Of a stretch of DNA of 64,000 nt, positions 9,701-19,933 are shown piece by piece. Under the pieces are notes generated by a model. That model saw nothing but the letters and a program-made list of their open reading frames with translations, was not told where the DNA came from and did not search any database. The stretch lies in the NCBI GenBank assembly GCA_023228145.1, contig JALOBU010000002.1:19218-83217 (forward strand), in the 5' to 3' direction. Numbering within the stretch: the first letter of the stretch is position 1; each line of letters opens with the position of its first letter. This stretch comes from Bacteroidales bacterium (lineage in GTDB: Bacteria; Bacteroidota; Bacteroidia; Bacteroidales; CAIWKO01). The position numbers were made by a program, and so were the translations under genes.

Positions 9701-10841
9701 AAGATGTTGTCCCCATAACACAAAGGTTATTATAACTATCAACAATCAGGCTATTTGGGACTTCAGTGCCCGAGCCTCCAAGGTAGGTTGAGTAAATCAT
9801 AAAATGCCCGGAAGTGTCGTATTTTGAGATAGCTATATCACAAGAGGCGCCACCAAAATATGTCTGATATGCTCCTGTCGTTGTAGGATAACCCAGAGCA
9901 AAAACATTCCCACCTGCATATAAAAAACCAAGTGCATCATAAGTTGCAGTATATCCCCAGTTATCAGCCAGTGAGCCTGAATACGTTGAAAAAATTAGTA
10001 ATGGATCTATAACCAGGGTTTCATTTTTATCATATTCACCAAGTTTGAAATGAACTTTATTTTGTTTAAGATCATACGAGCACTTAATCTTTTGCTGTTC
10101 GTTATTATTAGAAATCTGATATGCATAAGGTTCAAGCTCAGTTATTTTATTCACAGTAGTTTTGATAAGCAGATTTCCATCTTTCAAAAACATTGCAGAA
10201 ACTCCTTCGTATTCAAAACGGACATCAGAAAGATTGGCCCCGGGATGAAGTATTAATTCGTATTTAAGTTGGTTATTTCTGGAATAAACTCTTAAGTCAA
10301 TATTTCTGTATATCTCCAGATAAGTAACTTCATCATATTTTCTTACTTCCGTTGCCCATTTTGAGGGGTCATTACCAATATAATAATTTTGATAATCGGC
10401 AGAAGGTTCTGATTTTTCAATATCACAATGAGTGTTGCCATTTACAAAATGAATTTTATAAGCATGAGCATCAATGGAAGTAACCGGTAAATCAGAAAGC
10501 CCCTTTTTTTCATCTTTGTTAAGATATTTAAAGCCCATCATTTTACGGTATGCTTCCATGTCAATGAAATTAAAAGTAATGCCATCTTTTTCAAGATACA
10601 TTTCGCCGCCCGCAATAAATGCTTTAAACATTATATTAGGTTCCCACTGATTTTTATTTTCAATCAGCTGAAATTTGGAAATGTTTAAACTATCATTATG
10701 ATGCGCATATAATTTATGCGAAGCCAGAAATATATAAAAGGCAAGGGCAAATATTTCAATGTATAATTTCCTATCGGATTTCAACTCGAAAAATTTTAAT
10801 AAAGGTATAGCAAATTTAACAAAAAAATTAGAATCATTCAA
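6798..10841 (-). CDS. Large T9SS type-B cargo: N-terminal beta-sandwich, SBBP-like beta-propeller repeats, PKD, SprB-like repeats, gliding-motility (CHU_C) C-terminal domain
   Basis: IENKNQW and YSTYLGGSG repeats; WDFGDG (PKD); C-terminal YVPNAFTPDGDGKND...YDRWGEKVF...GNVTLIR. Confidence 0.9.
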   Translation of the reverse strand: MNDSNFFVKFAIPLLKFFELKSDRKLYIEIFALAFYIFLASHKLYAHHNDSLNISKFQLIENKNQWEPNIMFKAFIAGGEMYLEKDGITFNFIDMEAYRKMMGFKYLNKDEKKGLSDLPVTSIDAHAYKIHFVNGNTHCDIEKSEPSADYQNYYIGNDPSKWATEVRKYDEVTYLEIYRNIDLRVYSRNNQLKYELILHPGANLSDVRFEYEGVSAMFLKDGNLLIKTTVNKITELEPYAYQISNNNEQQKIKCSYDLKQNKVHFKLGEYDKNETLVIDPLLIFSTYSGSLADNWGYTATYDALGFLYAGGNVFALGYPTTTGAYQTYFGGASCDIAISKYDTSGHFMIYSTYLGGSGTEVPNSLIVDSYNNLCVMGTTSSANYPVSSDAFDQTFNGGTSYTLTYVLNYTGSDVVVTKFNSIGTALLASTFFGGSGNDGLNTQAPLRNNYADDVRGEIMIDVNDNIYIVATTQSNDLPGTSGTFQPNYGGGAQDGFIAKFDSHLSSLHWCSYLGGSANDAIYSIVIDNNQDIYVGGGTTSSNFSVTSGVLYTTQPGGNADGFITHIDKTGSQILHSTYYGSGAYDQVYLIENDHHGNIYALGQTAAAGSYYINNVQWYILNGGQFISKMSAELDSLIWSTAFGTGNGGPDISPTAFLVDVCDKIYLSGWGGAVNGFGGTSGLPITYDAFQTTTDNSDYYLMVMEDDASALTYATFFGGPLSNEHVDGGTSRFDKNGKIYQSVCAGCGNHDDFPTTPEAWSNTNNSSNCNNGVFKYDFMLPLVVADFVIPPVICAPGSVTFDNISHTGGQGMVCYWDFGDGTNSSNCNPSHVYLNSGVYDVTLLVSDTGTCNFSDSIIKQVVVLSNTSDTLPTKYICIGDAVQIGILPVGDPTVTFQWIPATYLTNSTICNPLANPIVTTTYTLLVSNGVCTDTLRQIVDVFDMDPYPTDSAFSCSGIITLTANTEHQANYFHWSSNNQFTDWLNSPSFNPSMTTTITSPGYFYIMVGNGHCTLTDSVYVDFVVVIDSLHYVTPSCYDSCDGQVSVFVNSGNFPFTYLWNTGSGNDTIYNLCAGNYSVTVTDNTGCISISSISLPEPDPLIQISESMNIPCVEACVGYIQLTINGGTPPYSYYWDNAQTSNPLTSLCEGTYNVTVTDSRLCYISAGFNIVLDYVFTGIEVYSDKDTIFQGQSTGLHATSIPGCNYSWYPADGLDNPLIANPVASPQQTTTYYLTITDPYGCTYTDTLKIFVLEVICDEPYIYVPNAFTPDGDGKNDVLYVRSKMMTEMNFMVYDRWGEKVFETQNVDEGWDGRYKGKPCDPAVFVYYLSARCHNETFFKKSGNVTLIR

Positions 10842-10925
10842 ATTATCTGCTACAATATAGGTTATAACGAATTTTAAACAAAAAGTACTTGTATGTGAGT
10901 TACTAATAACAAATTAATTAATCCT

Positions 10926-11684
10926 TTACTCTTCATGATTCATAAATCCCTGTTTTTCTATTACATGAAGAAAACTCTTCGAAAAATAAACATTATCCTT
11001 CTTAGTATAACGCTTTTGGGTAAATATCTGAGCCAGTGTCTCAAGTTTATTTTCTTCAAGGAGGCTTTTTGTCATGGGAAGAGATTCTTTCTCCCGGTAT
11101 ATTGTATCAATCTTTTCTGAACTATATGAGTGGTAAGTTTCTTCATGCACTACTGCTTGATATGGCAGGCGGTCGGTTAATTCCGGGCTTTCATCAGGAT
11201 AGCCAAGCACTAAAGTTGTAACAGGTACTACACCTGTTGGGCAATTAAAAAAATCAATCAATTTATCTGCATTATAAGTTGTTGTCCCTAAATAACAAAT
11301 TCCCAATCCATGTGCTTCAGCAGCAATGGCAACATTTTGTGCGGCAAGCAAAGCATCAATGGCTGCAGTCATAAAAGATAAAAAATTGTCATATCCGGGT
11401 TCCGCTTTGCGTTGTCTGCACCATATATTAAAACGGTTGAAGTCGGCACAGAAAGTAAGCAATACCGGTGCCTGAAGCACCATATCCTGTTTAAAATGAT
11501 ATTCCCATAATTGTTTTTTCTTTTCTTGGTCTTTTGTAACAATAACACTATATACCTGCATATTGCCTGTAGTGGAAGCTCTGAAACCCGCTTCAAGTAT
11601 CTCTTTTAATATTGCATTTTCTATAGGGTGATTTTTATATTTGCGAATGGTGCGATGATTCATTATAGTACTAATCGTTTCCAT
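10926..11684 (-). CDS. Nitroreductase / NADPH-flavin reductase (NfsA/Frp-like)
   Basis: HRTIRKY, ASTTGNMQ, AAEAHGLGICYLG, LVLGYP. Start reassigned to METIST (11684). Confidence 0.9.
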   Translation of the reverse strand: METISTIMNHRTIRKYKNHPIENAILKEILEAGFRASTTGNMQVYSVIVTKDQEKKKQLWEYHFKQDMVLQAPVLLTFCADFNRFNIWCRQRKAEPGYDNFLSFMTAAIDALLAAQNVAIAAEAHGLGICYLGTTTYNADKLIDFFNCPTGVVPVTTLVLGYPDESPELTDRLPYQAVVHEETYHSYSSEKIDTIYREKESLPMTKSLLEENKLETLAQIFTQKRYTKKDNVYFSKSFLHVIEKQGFMNHEE

Positions 11685-11685
11685 A

Positions 11686-12378
11686 TTATTTTGCTTTTTT
11701 ATTTTTAATTCTATCAATGATTTTTTCGTTTGTAAGTTCTTTATAAGCGTCTCTGCCAATCCATCTTGCTGTTTTATCAGGTGAATTCATGAGTTCGTTT
11801 GCCAGTTTAACAGCATTAGCATGCAGTTCCATGTTTCTTTTTCCAATTTGTCTCAGAGCCCAGTTAACAGCTTTTCTGACAAAATTCCTGTTATCATCCG
11901 ACCGGGAACCTATCACAGGTAAGAAAGATAAAAAAATGTCATCATTCGCATTTTTATGATGCACGGCCAGACAAGCCATCATGGCAAATCCTGCCCTTCT
12001 CACAAATTCCTCATCGCAGACGGTCCACTCATATATTTTTTTTAGAACGTAAGGCGTATCAATAAAAACTTCATTGCAGCACTGGTCACAAATATCCCAT
12101 GAATCAAAATCATGACACCATGTTTCCATTTGCTGTTCCGTAACTTCTTTATAATCTTCAATAAAACACGCCAGCATTCTGGCCTCATGATAACCGCTTT
12201 GCCATAAGGATAATGCCAGTTCATGGTCTTTTTTATAATCACGTGCCATCTGCCTGAGAACAGGCAATGAAATACCAAATGCTTTTTCGGTTTGAATACC
12301 AAAATGAGCCATGCCTTTAAGATTCTCAGGGCTTCCCAAAACTCGGAGTTTTTCTATAATCTGTTCAGCTTTTGTCAT
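11686..12378 (-). CDS. DNA alkylation repair protein (AlkD-like HEAT-repeat family)
   Basis: LWQSGYHEARMLA, DSWDICD, EFVRRAG, FVRKAVNWALRQIGKRN. Confidence 0.85.
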   Translation of the reverse strand: MTKAEQIIEKLRVLGSPENLKGMAHFGIQTEKAFGISLPVLRQMARDYKKDHELALSLWQSGYHEARMLACFIEDYKEVTEQQMETWCHDFDSWDICDQCCNEVFIDTPYVLKKIYEWTVCDEEFVRRAGFAMMACLAVHHKNANDDIFLSFLPVIGSRSDDNRNFVRKAVNWALRQIGKRNMELHANAVKLANELMNSPDKTARWIGRDAYKELTNEKIIDRIKNKKAK

Positions 12379-13349
12379 TATTCAATCATTAATAATCCAT
12401 CATTGGTAGCAAACCATTTATGATTTTTTGAATCAATCGCAACATGATTGACAAAATAACTCGGATTGCATGAGTTTGTAGGCATGTATAATAGCCATTT
12501 TTCATCATTCCACTCCATTACACCTGAATTGGTCGCCATCCAGTAAATGCCTGAATTATCACAGCATATCCTATAATTCAAAAACTTTGGTAGTTTGGAA
12601 TTCTCAGGAGAGTAAATAGTCCATTTGGTTCCTTCAATCTTAATGAATCCGCTCCAAAATACTACCCAAATGATGCCTTTTTTATCAACATAAATATAAC
12701 TCACCTGGTTGTTCGGCAATAACGAGTTGGAGTTCTTATATATCGTCCAAAGCTTGCCGTCGAAACTTGCAAAACCATTATTTGTTGCTACCCATTTATT
12801 GTTTTTTTCATCAACAGCAACAGCATTCACCACATTATCCGGGAGTCCTTTTTCGTCAGCTTTGTAAACGGCCCAGTCAGTTCCATCAAACGATGCAAGC
12901 CCGTTGTCAGTGGCAAACCACATTACATCATTATTATCTTGAGCAATCGCGATGATGTGTACATCAGGCAAGAGACAATTTTCCGGTGTGTAATTATACC
13001 ATGAGTTGTCATCATATTTATAAACTCCATGATAACGGCTACCTATCCATTTGTTATTATTATGGTCAACAAAAATCACTGTAACAAAGCTGTCCCGGAT
13101 AGCAGAATTCGTTGAATCATAAATTTTAAACCCGTTACCGTCATAAAACACCAGATCTCCTCCGTAAAAACAATCGCCTGTCGCGAGCCATAAGTTATCA
13201 TTGTGGTCAACAGTAAGGGTTTTAATAATTATATCGGGAAGGTCAGAATTGATTGTATCAAATACCCTGCAATTAAATCCTGGGGTTTGTGCGTGGGTTT
13301 GAAGAACAAAAAATGACACAAGCAATATTAGGAAAAACAACTTTTTCAT
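12378..13349 (-). CDS. Exported beta-propeller protein (two-component regulator propeller / PorZ-like repeats)
   Basis: Signal peptide; repeated NSxLP..V..I..D...WxAT..GL..FDG units. Confidence 0.8.
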   Translation of the reverse strand: MKKLFFLILLVSFFVLQTHAQTPGFNCRVFDTINSDLPDIIIKTLTVDHNDNLWLATGDCFYGGDLVFYDGNGFKIYDSTNSAIRDSFVTVIFVDHNNNKWIGSRYHGVYKYDDNSWYNYTPENCLLPDVHIIAIAQDNNDVMWFATDNGLASFDGTDWAVYKADEKGLPDNVVNAVAVDEKNNKWVATNNGFASFDGKLWTIYKNSNSLLPNNQVSYIYVDKKGIIWVVFWSGFIKIEGTKWTIYSPENSKLPKFLNYRICCDNSGIYWMATNSGVMEWNDEKWLLYMPTNSCNPSYFVNHVAIDSKNHKWFATNDGLLMIE

Positions 13350-14365
13350 GATAGTTTTTTTGGTTTGTACCCTGAAGCTTGTAAAATTTCCTGAGAATTA
13401 TCCTTTTCAAAAAGTTGCTTCAGTGTTAGCTTTTTATTTTGTTTCATATATTCCCTGATTATCTGCCAGCCAATCCATGAACCAACTCGTGCAGGAGATT
13501 TTTTTGCAAAGGCCGTAGTGAAAGGCCCTGGAGTGAAAAATTTTCTAAATGAGCTCAAATCCTTACTGTACAGAAGGTTATTGTCAATGAAAAAAGCCCA
13601 CATCCTGGCCTCATTCTCATAACACCATTCCAATTGTTTTTGCGAATATTTTACTTTAATAGAATCATCAGCAGCCGGCAATAATGCATCAATAAAATAA
13701 AGTTTCCGTCCTTCATATATCATATAATCAAGACATGAGGCATCTTTCATCTCTTTATAAAAATGATATTCAGTGATAGCTTCAATACAATCCCTAACGA
13801 TATATTCTTCCGACATAAATTTGCGAATGTACAGCGGCAAGCCTAATTCCTGATACAACTTATAGCCCGGTCCCAGATACATATCCAACGCAATAACCAA
13901 AACACTATCAGAATAAATAACAGGGTTTTCGATGTCCATACCACAGATATAAGTATATACCCGTGGTATTTTTTTTTCAGGAAAATGACTTTTAAATATA
14001 GTAAATACTGCCGAAAGTTGTTTTTCAAGCGATGAAAGTTCAGGGAAATTTTTCTGGCATGTATTATAATTCTCTATCATCTGAAGGTCGTTAAGATATT
14101 CTTTTATTTGCCTGATATTTCCCGGGTCTGATAAGTCTCCGTTAAGAAAAAAACTGTATTCTGGTTGTATTCTTAGCAACTCTTCCTGAAGTTTACTTTT
14201 GTCAAGATTAAATAATGACTTTTCATAGCGGTTTATAGTTATCTGCACCGTAGTATCTTTCAAAACAACTTCTTTTTTATTTTCCTCATCGTTCCGATTA
14301 CAAGTACACGAATAAAAAAAACCGGCTATTATTCCTATTAGTAAGAATGAGAATATGTGTTTCAT
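13346..14365 (-). CDS. gldB: Gliding motility lipoprotein GldB
   Basis: Lipobox YSC; RYEKSLF, IALDMYLG, MIYEGRKLY, PGPFT, RVGSWIGWQIIREYM, YKP. Confidence 0.85.
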   Translation of the reverse strand: MKHIFSFLLIGIIAGFFYSCTCNRNDEENKKEVVLKDTTVQITINRYEKSLFNLDKSKLQEELLRIQPEYSFFLNGDLSDPGNIRQIKEYLNDLQMIENYNTCQKNFPELSSLEKQLSAVFTIFKSHFPEKKIPRVYTYICGMDIENPVIYSDSVLVIALDMYLGPGYKLYQELGLPLYIRKFMSEEYIVRDCIEAITEYHFYKEMKDASCLDYMIYEGRKLYFIDALLPAADDSIKVKYSQKQLEWCYENEARMWAFFIDNNLLYSKDLSSFRKFFTPGPFTTAFAKKSPARVGSWIGWQIIREYMKQNKKLTLKQLFEKDNSQEILQASGYKPKKLS

Positions 14366-14478
14366 ATTTCTGGAAAATTATTGCTAATTAATACAATTAT
14401 CAACTGATGATTAATTACAAAAATATTACTTTTGAAGGTAATTAAAAATTAATTGTATTATATTTGTAATAAAAACTT

Positions 14479-15222
14479 ATGAAGACTTCTTTAAAAACCC
14501 TGGTATTTAGTACAATAATCATATGTCTGGTTTTTTCAGTAAAAGCGCAGGACCGCAAGTTCAATTTCGGCATACATATTTCACCGAACATCAGCTGGGT
14601 AAAGCCCGATGTTGACGGCGGGGAGGCATACAAATACGAGTCTGATGGTGCCAGGTTTCTGATGGGTTATGGTGCTGATTTCAACTATTTCTTTATCCCT
14701 AACATTGCCCTGGGCACAGGAATTAATGTTGTTTATAACGGGGGAAGGATGAAGTACCCGACTACTTATACCATTAAAGACGGTGAAGGCGATTCGATAG
14801 GTACCGCACAATGTAATCTTTACAGAAAATATAAGTTGCAATACCTGGAGATCCCTCTTGTCCTTATCGGCAGCACCGGCGACCTGATGGGAAATTTCTC
14901 CATTTATGCCAAGTTTGGGTTGGGTACATCCTTTCGCCTAAAAGCCCGTGCTGATGATGAATATGTTGACAAACTTTCGGAAGGCACCACCTATAAGGAA
15001 GAAAATGCAAACATCAGCAAAGATGTGAGTTTTTTTAAAGAATCGCTCATTATTGGCGTGGGAGGAACATACAAATTTAAAAAAATAATTTCCCTTAATT
15101 TCGGGCTGACATTTAACAGTGGCTTTACGGATATTCTTAAAGATTACAATGACCAGAAAACCGATCTGAAAGAGAATGCCAAAGCCAGTTATATGGACCT
15201 GTATGTCGGTGTCCTGTTTTAA
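14479..15222 (+). CDS. Outer-membrane beta-barrel (PorT / porin-like family)
   Basis: Signal peptide; LQYLEIPL motif; alternating beta pattern; C-terminal F. TATATTTG -7 element at 14459-14466. Confidence 0.75.
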   Translation: MKTSLKTLVFSTIIICLVFSVKAQDRKFNFGIHISPNISWVKPDVDGGEAYKYESDGARFLMGYGADFNYFFIPNIALGTGINVVYNGGRMKYPTTYTIKDGEGDSIGTAQCNLYRKYKLQYLEIPLVLIGSTGDLMGNFSIYAKFGLGTSFRLKARADDEYVDKLSEGTTYKEENANISKDVSFFKESLIIGVGGTYKFKKIISLNFGLTFNSGFTDILKDYNDQKTDLKENAKASYMDLYVGVLF

Positions 15223-15245
15223 TACCATTTACTAAAACATTTCCA

Positions 15246-16874
15246 ATGAAAATTGCTTTAGCTCAGCTTAATTTTCACATAGGAAATTTTGAGCTGAATA
15301 CAAAAAAAATCCTTGATGCTATACGGAATGCCCGTTTACATAAGACGGATCTGATTGTTTTTCCCGAACTTGCTGTGTGTGGTTATCCTCCGCGCGATTT
15401 TCTTGATTATTCCTATTTTACTAAAGCCTGTTCAAATGCTTTGCAACACATCGCTAAAGAATGCATTGAAATTGCCGCCGTAGTAGGCTCACCTTCTGTT
15501 AACCCTGATGTTGAAGGAAAAAACCTGTTTAATTCCGCATTTTTTTTATCAGACGGGAAAATTAAATTTTCACAACATAAATCCCTCCTGCCCAATTACG
15601 ATATATTTGACGAATACCGCTATTTTGAACCCAACAGGAAATTCGGCGTTGTTGAATATCAAGGAAAAAGCATCGCACTGACCATTTGCGAAGACTTGTG
15701 GAACATCACTCCTGACCCGATGTACGTTATGAACCCTATGGAAGAACTCGATAAGCTTAAGCCGGATATTGTGATTAACATCGCCGCCTCACCTTTTTGT
15801 TATCAGCAACATGAACAACGCCTGCAAATTCTTTCAGACAATGTTCAAAAATACAAAATTCCTATTGTATATGTCAATCATGTTGGAGCACAAACCGAAC
15901 TGATATTCGACGGAGGTTCATTTGCCATGAATACCCGGGGAGATGTTGTGTTGCAGTCCCCGTTTTTTGAAGAAAATATTGCATACATTGACACGAATGA
16001 TTTTGAAAAACCTGCCGTAACACAAGTTCAACAATCAAAAGCAGCGCTGATACATGATGCGCTGGTGTTGGGAATCAAAGACTATTTTCTCAAAATGGGC
16101 TTTAAAAAAGCAATACTTGGGCTGTCGGGAGGAATAGATTCTGCTCTGGTTCTGGCATTGGCTGCCGAAGCGCTGGGCACGGAGAATGTGCTAGCTGTTC
16201 TGATGCCCTCGCAGTTTTCATCACAGCATTCGGTTGATGATGCCATGCAGCTGGTTAATAATCTTGGATGTAAATCCTATAAAATAGCAATTGAAGAAGC
16301 GTACCAGGTTTTTAATAACTTACTCCAACCCGTTTTTAAAGGGCAAACTTTCGATGTAACGGAAGAAAATATCCAGGCACGTATTCGCGCCATTCTTTTA
16401 ATGGCTATCTCTAACAAGCACGGCTACATCCTTCTCAACACATCTAATAAAAGCGAAGCTGCCGTTGGCTATGGCACGCTATATGGCGATATGTGCGGCG
16501 GACTTGCTGTGCTTGGTGATATTTATAAAACACAGGTTTACGAACTGGCATATTATATCAACCGAAACAAAGAAATTATTCCTGAAAATACCATTACAAA
16601 ACCACCATCAGCAGAATTGAGGCCGGGACAGAAAGATTCCGACTCCCTTCCCGAATATGAAATACTTGATAAGATACTTTATCAATATATTGAAATGCAA
16701 GCAGGCCCGGATGAACTTATCAGCATGGGATTTGAAAAAGAAACGGTGCAAAAAACTTTAAAGCTGGTAAATACTAATGAGTACAAACGCTACCAGTCGC
16801 CCCCCATACTCCGTGTTTCGCCCAAAGCTTTTGGCATGGGGCGCAGGATGCCGATAGTGGGGAAGTATTTTTAA
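15246..16874 (+). CDS. nadE: Glutamine-dependent NAD+ synthetase
   Basis: Nitrilase domain (FPEL, ICEDLW) plus GLSGGIDS, ENIQARIR, NKSE, PPSAEL. Confidence 0.95.
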   Translation: MKIALAQLNFHIGNFELNTKKILDAIRNARLHKTDLIVFPELAVCGYPPRDFLDYSYFTKACSNALQHIAKECIEIAAVVGSPSVNPDVEGKNLFNSAFFLSDGKIKFSQHKSLLPNYDIFDEYRYFEPNRKFGVVEYQGKSIALTICEDLWNITPDPMYVMNPMEELDKLKPDIVINIAASPFCYQQHEQRLQILSDNVQKYKIPIVYVNHVGAQTELIFDGGSFAMNTRGDVVLQSPFFEENIAYIDTNDFEKPAVTQVQQSKAALIHDALVLGIKDYFLKMGFKKAILGLSGGIDSALVLALAAEALGTENVLAVLMPSQFSSQHSVDDAMQLVNNLGCKSYKIAIEEAYQVFNNLLQPVFKGQTFDVTEENIQARIRAILLMAISNKHGYILLNTSNKSEAAVGYGTLYGDMCGGLAVLGDIYKTQVYELAYYINRNKEIIPENTITKPPSAELRPGQKDSDSLPEYEILDKILYQYIEMQAGPDELISMGFEKETVQKTLKLVNTNEYKRYQSPPILRVSPKAFGMGRRMPIVGKYF

Positions 16875-16951
16875 AAGTTTGATGCTTAAAGGGAATCTTA
16901 TTTCACTTTTTCTTATCAAAAAACAATATCTTTGTATATAAATCCAAAGTC

Positions 16952-18289
16952 ATGGAATTAAATCCATTAACCGCTGTTTCGCCTATTGATGGCAGATACC
17001 ATAAAAGCACCGAAGTACTTTCAGATTATTTTTCTGAATATGCGCTGATAAAAAAAAGAGTTTTTGTTGAAGTGGAATATTTCATCGAACTATGCAAAGT
17101 GTTACCCGGCTTGAAAAATTTCCCCAAACCCAAAATTGCCCTGCTGCAAAAGGCCTGTTATAATTTCAGTATCAGCGACGCTGTTCATATCAAAGAAATA
17201 GAAGCCTCCACAAACCATGATGTGAAAGCCGTGGAATATTTTTTACGTGAGAAGTTTGATGAATTAAAACTTGGAGCTTATAAAGAATATATTCATTTCG
17301 GGCTAACATCGCAGGACATCAACAATACAGCTTTGCCACTACTTGTAAAGGAAGCGTATGTAAATATTCTGCTTCCTGCTATCAATAAAATTCTGGATGT
17401 ATTAATAACACATTCCATTGAATGGAAAGATGTTTCCATGCTTGCCCGCACCCATGGGCAACCAGCATCACCCACAAAACTGGGGAAAGAAATTATGGTG
17501 TTTGCTGAACGCATTATGAGCCAGCTTGAACAAATGGAACACCTTGAATTTGAAGGAAAATTTGGAGGAGCAACCGGAAATTTCAATGCTCATTATGCTG
17601 CTTTTCCAAAAATAAGCTGGCATAGTTTTGCAGATAAATTTACAAACCGCCTGGGCCTCAAACGTCAACAATTCACCACGCAGATTGAACATTACGACAA
17701 CCTCGCGGCATTTTTCGACCTGCTTAAACGCATTAACACCATACTTACCGATTTGTGCAGAGATATGTGGTTATATATCTCCATGGATTACTTCAAGCAG
17801 GAAATTGTTAAAAATGAAGTAGGTTCATCGGCTATGCCCCACAAGATTAACCCTATAGATTTTGAAAATGCAGAAGGAAATTTCGGCGTTGCCAACGCCC
17901 TGTTTGAACACCTGTCCGCTAAACTTCCTGTGTCTCGTCTTCAGCGCGACCTGACTGATTCGACAGTAACACGCAACATAGGCGTTCCCATTGCTCATAC
18001 CCTGATAGCCACAAACTCATTAAACCGCGGACTTGGTAAATTAATACTTAATCAGCATAAAATTGCAGCTGACCTTGAGAAGAACTGGGCTGTGGTTGCC
18101 GAAGCCATACAAACCATACTCCGCAGGGAGAACTATCCCAATCCCTATCTTGCGCTGAAAGAACTTACCAGAAATAATAAAGAAATAAGCAAACAAACGC
18201 TGTACAATTTTATAGAAAAACTTAAAATAAGCTCAGCAATTAAAAAAGAACTCAAAAGCATTACTCCTGAAAATTATACAGGCAAATAA
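16952..18289 (+). CDS. purB: Adenylosuccinate lyase
   Basis: SPIDGRY, TNHDVKAVEY, RTHGQPA, GSSAMPHKINPIDFENAEGN. Confidence 0.97.
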   Translation: MELNPLTAVSPIDGRYHKSTEVLSDYFSEYALIKKRVFVEVEYFIELCKVLPGLKNFPKPKIALLQKACYNFSISDAVHIKEIEASTNHDVKAVEYFLREKFDELKLGAYKEYIHFGLTSQDINNTALPLLVKEAYVNILLPAINKILDVLITHSIEWKDVSMLARTHGQPASPTKLGKEIMVFAERIMSQLEQMEHLEFEGKFGGATGNFNAHYAAFPKISWHSFADKFTNRLGLKRQQFTTQIEHYDNLAAFFDLLKRINTILTDLCRDMWLYISMDYFKQEIVKNEVGSSAMPHKINPIDFENAEGNFGVANALFEHLSAKLPVSRLQRDLTDSTVTRNIGVPIAHTLIATNSLNRGLGKLILNQHKIAADLEKNWAVVAEAIQTILRRENYPNPYLALKELTRNNKEISKQTLYNFIEKLKISSAIKKELKSITPENYTGK

Positions 18290-18381
18290 GCAAATATCAC
18301 ATACAGCATCGCATACTTGTAATTGTTCGGTAGAAAATAATTTTATAAACTTGACTTCTCCGTTACAAATTCTGGTTTTAT

Positions 18382-18993
18382 TTACGCTTTACCCGTTTTG
18401 AAAACCTTATTGGTTTCATCAACACATCGCAATATTTCCTCTTTTCCCCTTTTATCCTTGGAAGAGGTAATAATTGTCTGTGGCAAATTTTCCCATTTTT
18501 CAGAAAGAGTTCTTTTAAGGAGGTTAATTTGTTTTGACATTTCAGCTCCGGATACCTTATCACACTTTGTCAATAATATTATAAAAGGCAGAAGGTTTTC
18601 GCCCATTTTATTGATAAAACTTATATCGTTATTCTGCAAGGGGATACGTGCATCAACCAATACAAAAGTGTAAAGCAGGTTTGTCCTGTTTAAAAGATAT
18701 CCTGAAATCATTCTTTCCCATTCGTTTTTTATTTTTTTCGAAACTCTTGCATATCCGTAACCCGGCAAATCAACCAGGAACCATGCTTCATTTATAACAA
18801 AGTGATTAATCAACCTTGTTTTTCCCGGCGAAGCAGAAGTTTTGGCAAGCCCTTTAATGCCTGTAATCATATTTATCAAGGAAGATTTACCTACATTGGA
18901 ACGTCCTATAAATGCATACTCTGGCTTATCAGGCTTAGGGCATGCACTATAAGACACGCAACTTGAATGATATTTAGCGGAATGAATCAGCAT
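18382..18993 (-). CDS. yihA: Ribosome biogenesis GTPase YihA/YsxC (EngB)
   Basis: GRSNVGKSS, PGKT, DLPGYG, TKCDK. Confidence 0.95.
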   Translation of the reverse strand: MLIHSAKYHSSCVSYSACPKPDKPEYAFIGRSNVGKSSLINMITGIKGLAKTSASPGKTRLINHFVINEAWFLVDLPGYGYARVSKKIKNEWERMISGYLLNRTNLLYTFVLVDARIPLQNNDISFINKMGENLLPFIILLTKCDKVSGAEMSKQINLLKRTLSEKWENLPQTIITSSKDKRGKEEILRCVDETNKVFKTGKA

Positions 18994-18997
18994 TTTT

Positions 18998-19924
18998 TTA
19001 TTTCCGGTAAGTTGACAGGTGCCTGTCTTTTTTGCTGTTGTATATATCCCCTATGGTTACTAAAATACCCGTTTCATGAACATTACCAAACCCATGATTG
19101 ACGGCAGTCCCGAAAGTACGCATGGTGGATGTAAGATTCATATATGCATTTACTAGAGGAGGAATATTTTCATTCAGTTCACGCATGGTCTGCATTAGAA
19201 GTTTATAATCCGCACCATAATTACCTCCATTAAATAACAATTCTAATTCTTTTATATCTGTTTTAATTTCAAGAGGAGTAATGGGTTTTACCAGATTATC
19301 TTTATCGGGAAAATATTTAAAAAGGAAATACATGATAATGTCTCGTGCCTGTTGATTGAAATGAGGGTACATAGTTACTTTTCCAAAAAAATATTTTACA
19401 TAAGACTTATCAATAACAAGAGCTCCAAGCCCATCCCAAAGATTATCAAGAGAGAATATTCCTTTGCGACTATTCACAACAGGTTGATAATCAGGCTGAA
19501 CGAACGAACGCCCTAATTCGATAGTGTAAGGTGAAAACTCTTTTAAAAAGCGTTCGGAGAAATTAAATAACTCGGTAGTTGCAATAAAAGGGACACCCTC
19601 TTCATTATAGGATGCTTTTCGGCACTCAATAAAGCGATATCCTCCAATAATCTCCATATCACTCGGATCCCAGACAATCATTTGCTCATAATGATTTTCG
19701 CAGGTATCGAACTCATCAATATCCACAGCTTTTCCCGTTCCGCCACCCGCATCCCTGAATGTGAGTTCACGCAAGCGGCCTATTTCACGCATTACATTAG
19801 GGGCATTATGAGCATTCACAATATAAATTTCATTATCTCCAAAGTTGGTTTTCCTCAGAAACAAATCATTCGCCAGTTCTTTTTCCAGTAACTTCTTCTC
19901 AACAGCAGGAATCAGTATTTCCAT
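18998..19924 (-). CDS. OlsB/GlsB-like GNAT N-acyltransferase (often annotated as hemolysin)
   Basis: EIGRLRELTFR, DIDEFD, IGGYR, IELGRSFV, LDNLWDGLG, IPPLVNAY. Confidence 0.8.
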   Translation of the reverse strand: MEILIPAVEKKLLEKELANDLFLRKTNFGDNEIYIVNAHNAPNVMREIGRLRELTFRDAGGGTGKAVDIDEFDTCENHYEQMIVWDPSDMEIIGGYRFIECRKASYNEEGVPFIATTELFNFSERFLKEFSPYTIELGRSFVQPDYQPVVNSRKGIFSLDNLWDGLGALVIDKSYVKYFFGKVTMYPHFNQQARDIIMYFLFKYFPDKDNLVKPITPLEIKTDIKELELLFNGGNYGADYKLLMQTMRELNENIPPLVNAYMNLTSTMRTFGTAVNHGFGNVHETGILVTIGDIYNSKKDRHLSTYRK

Positions 19925-19933
19925 AGTTTATCT

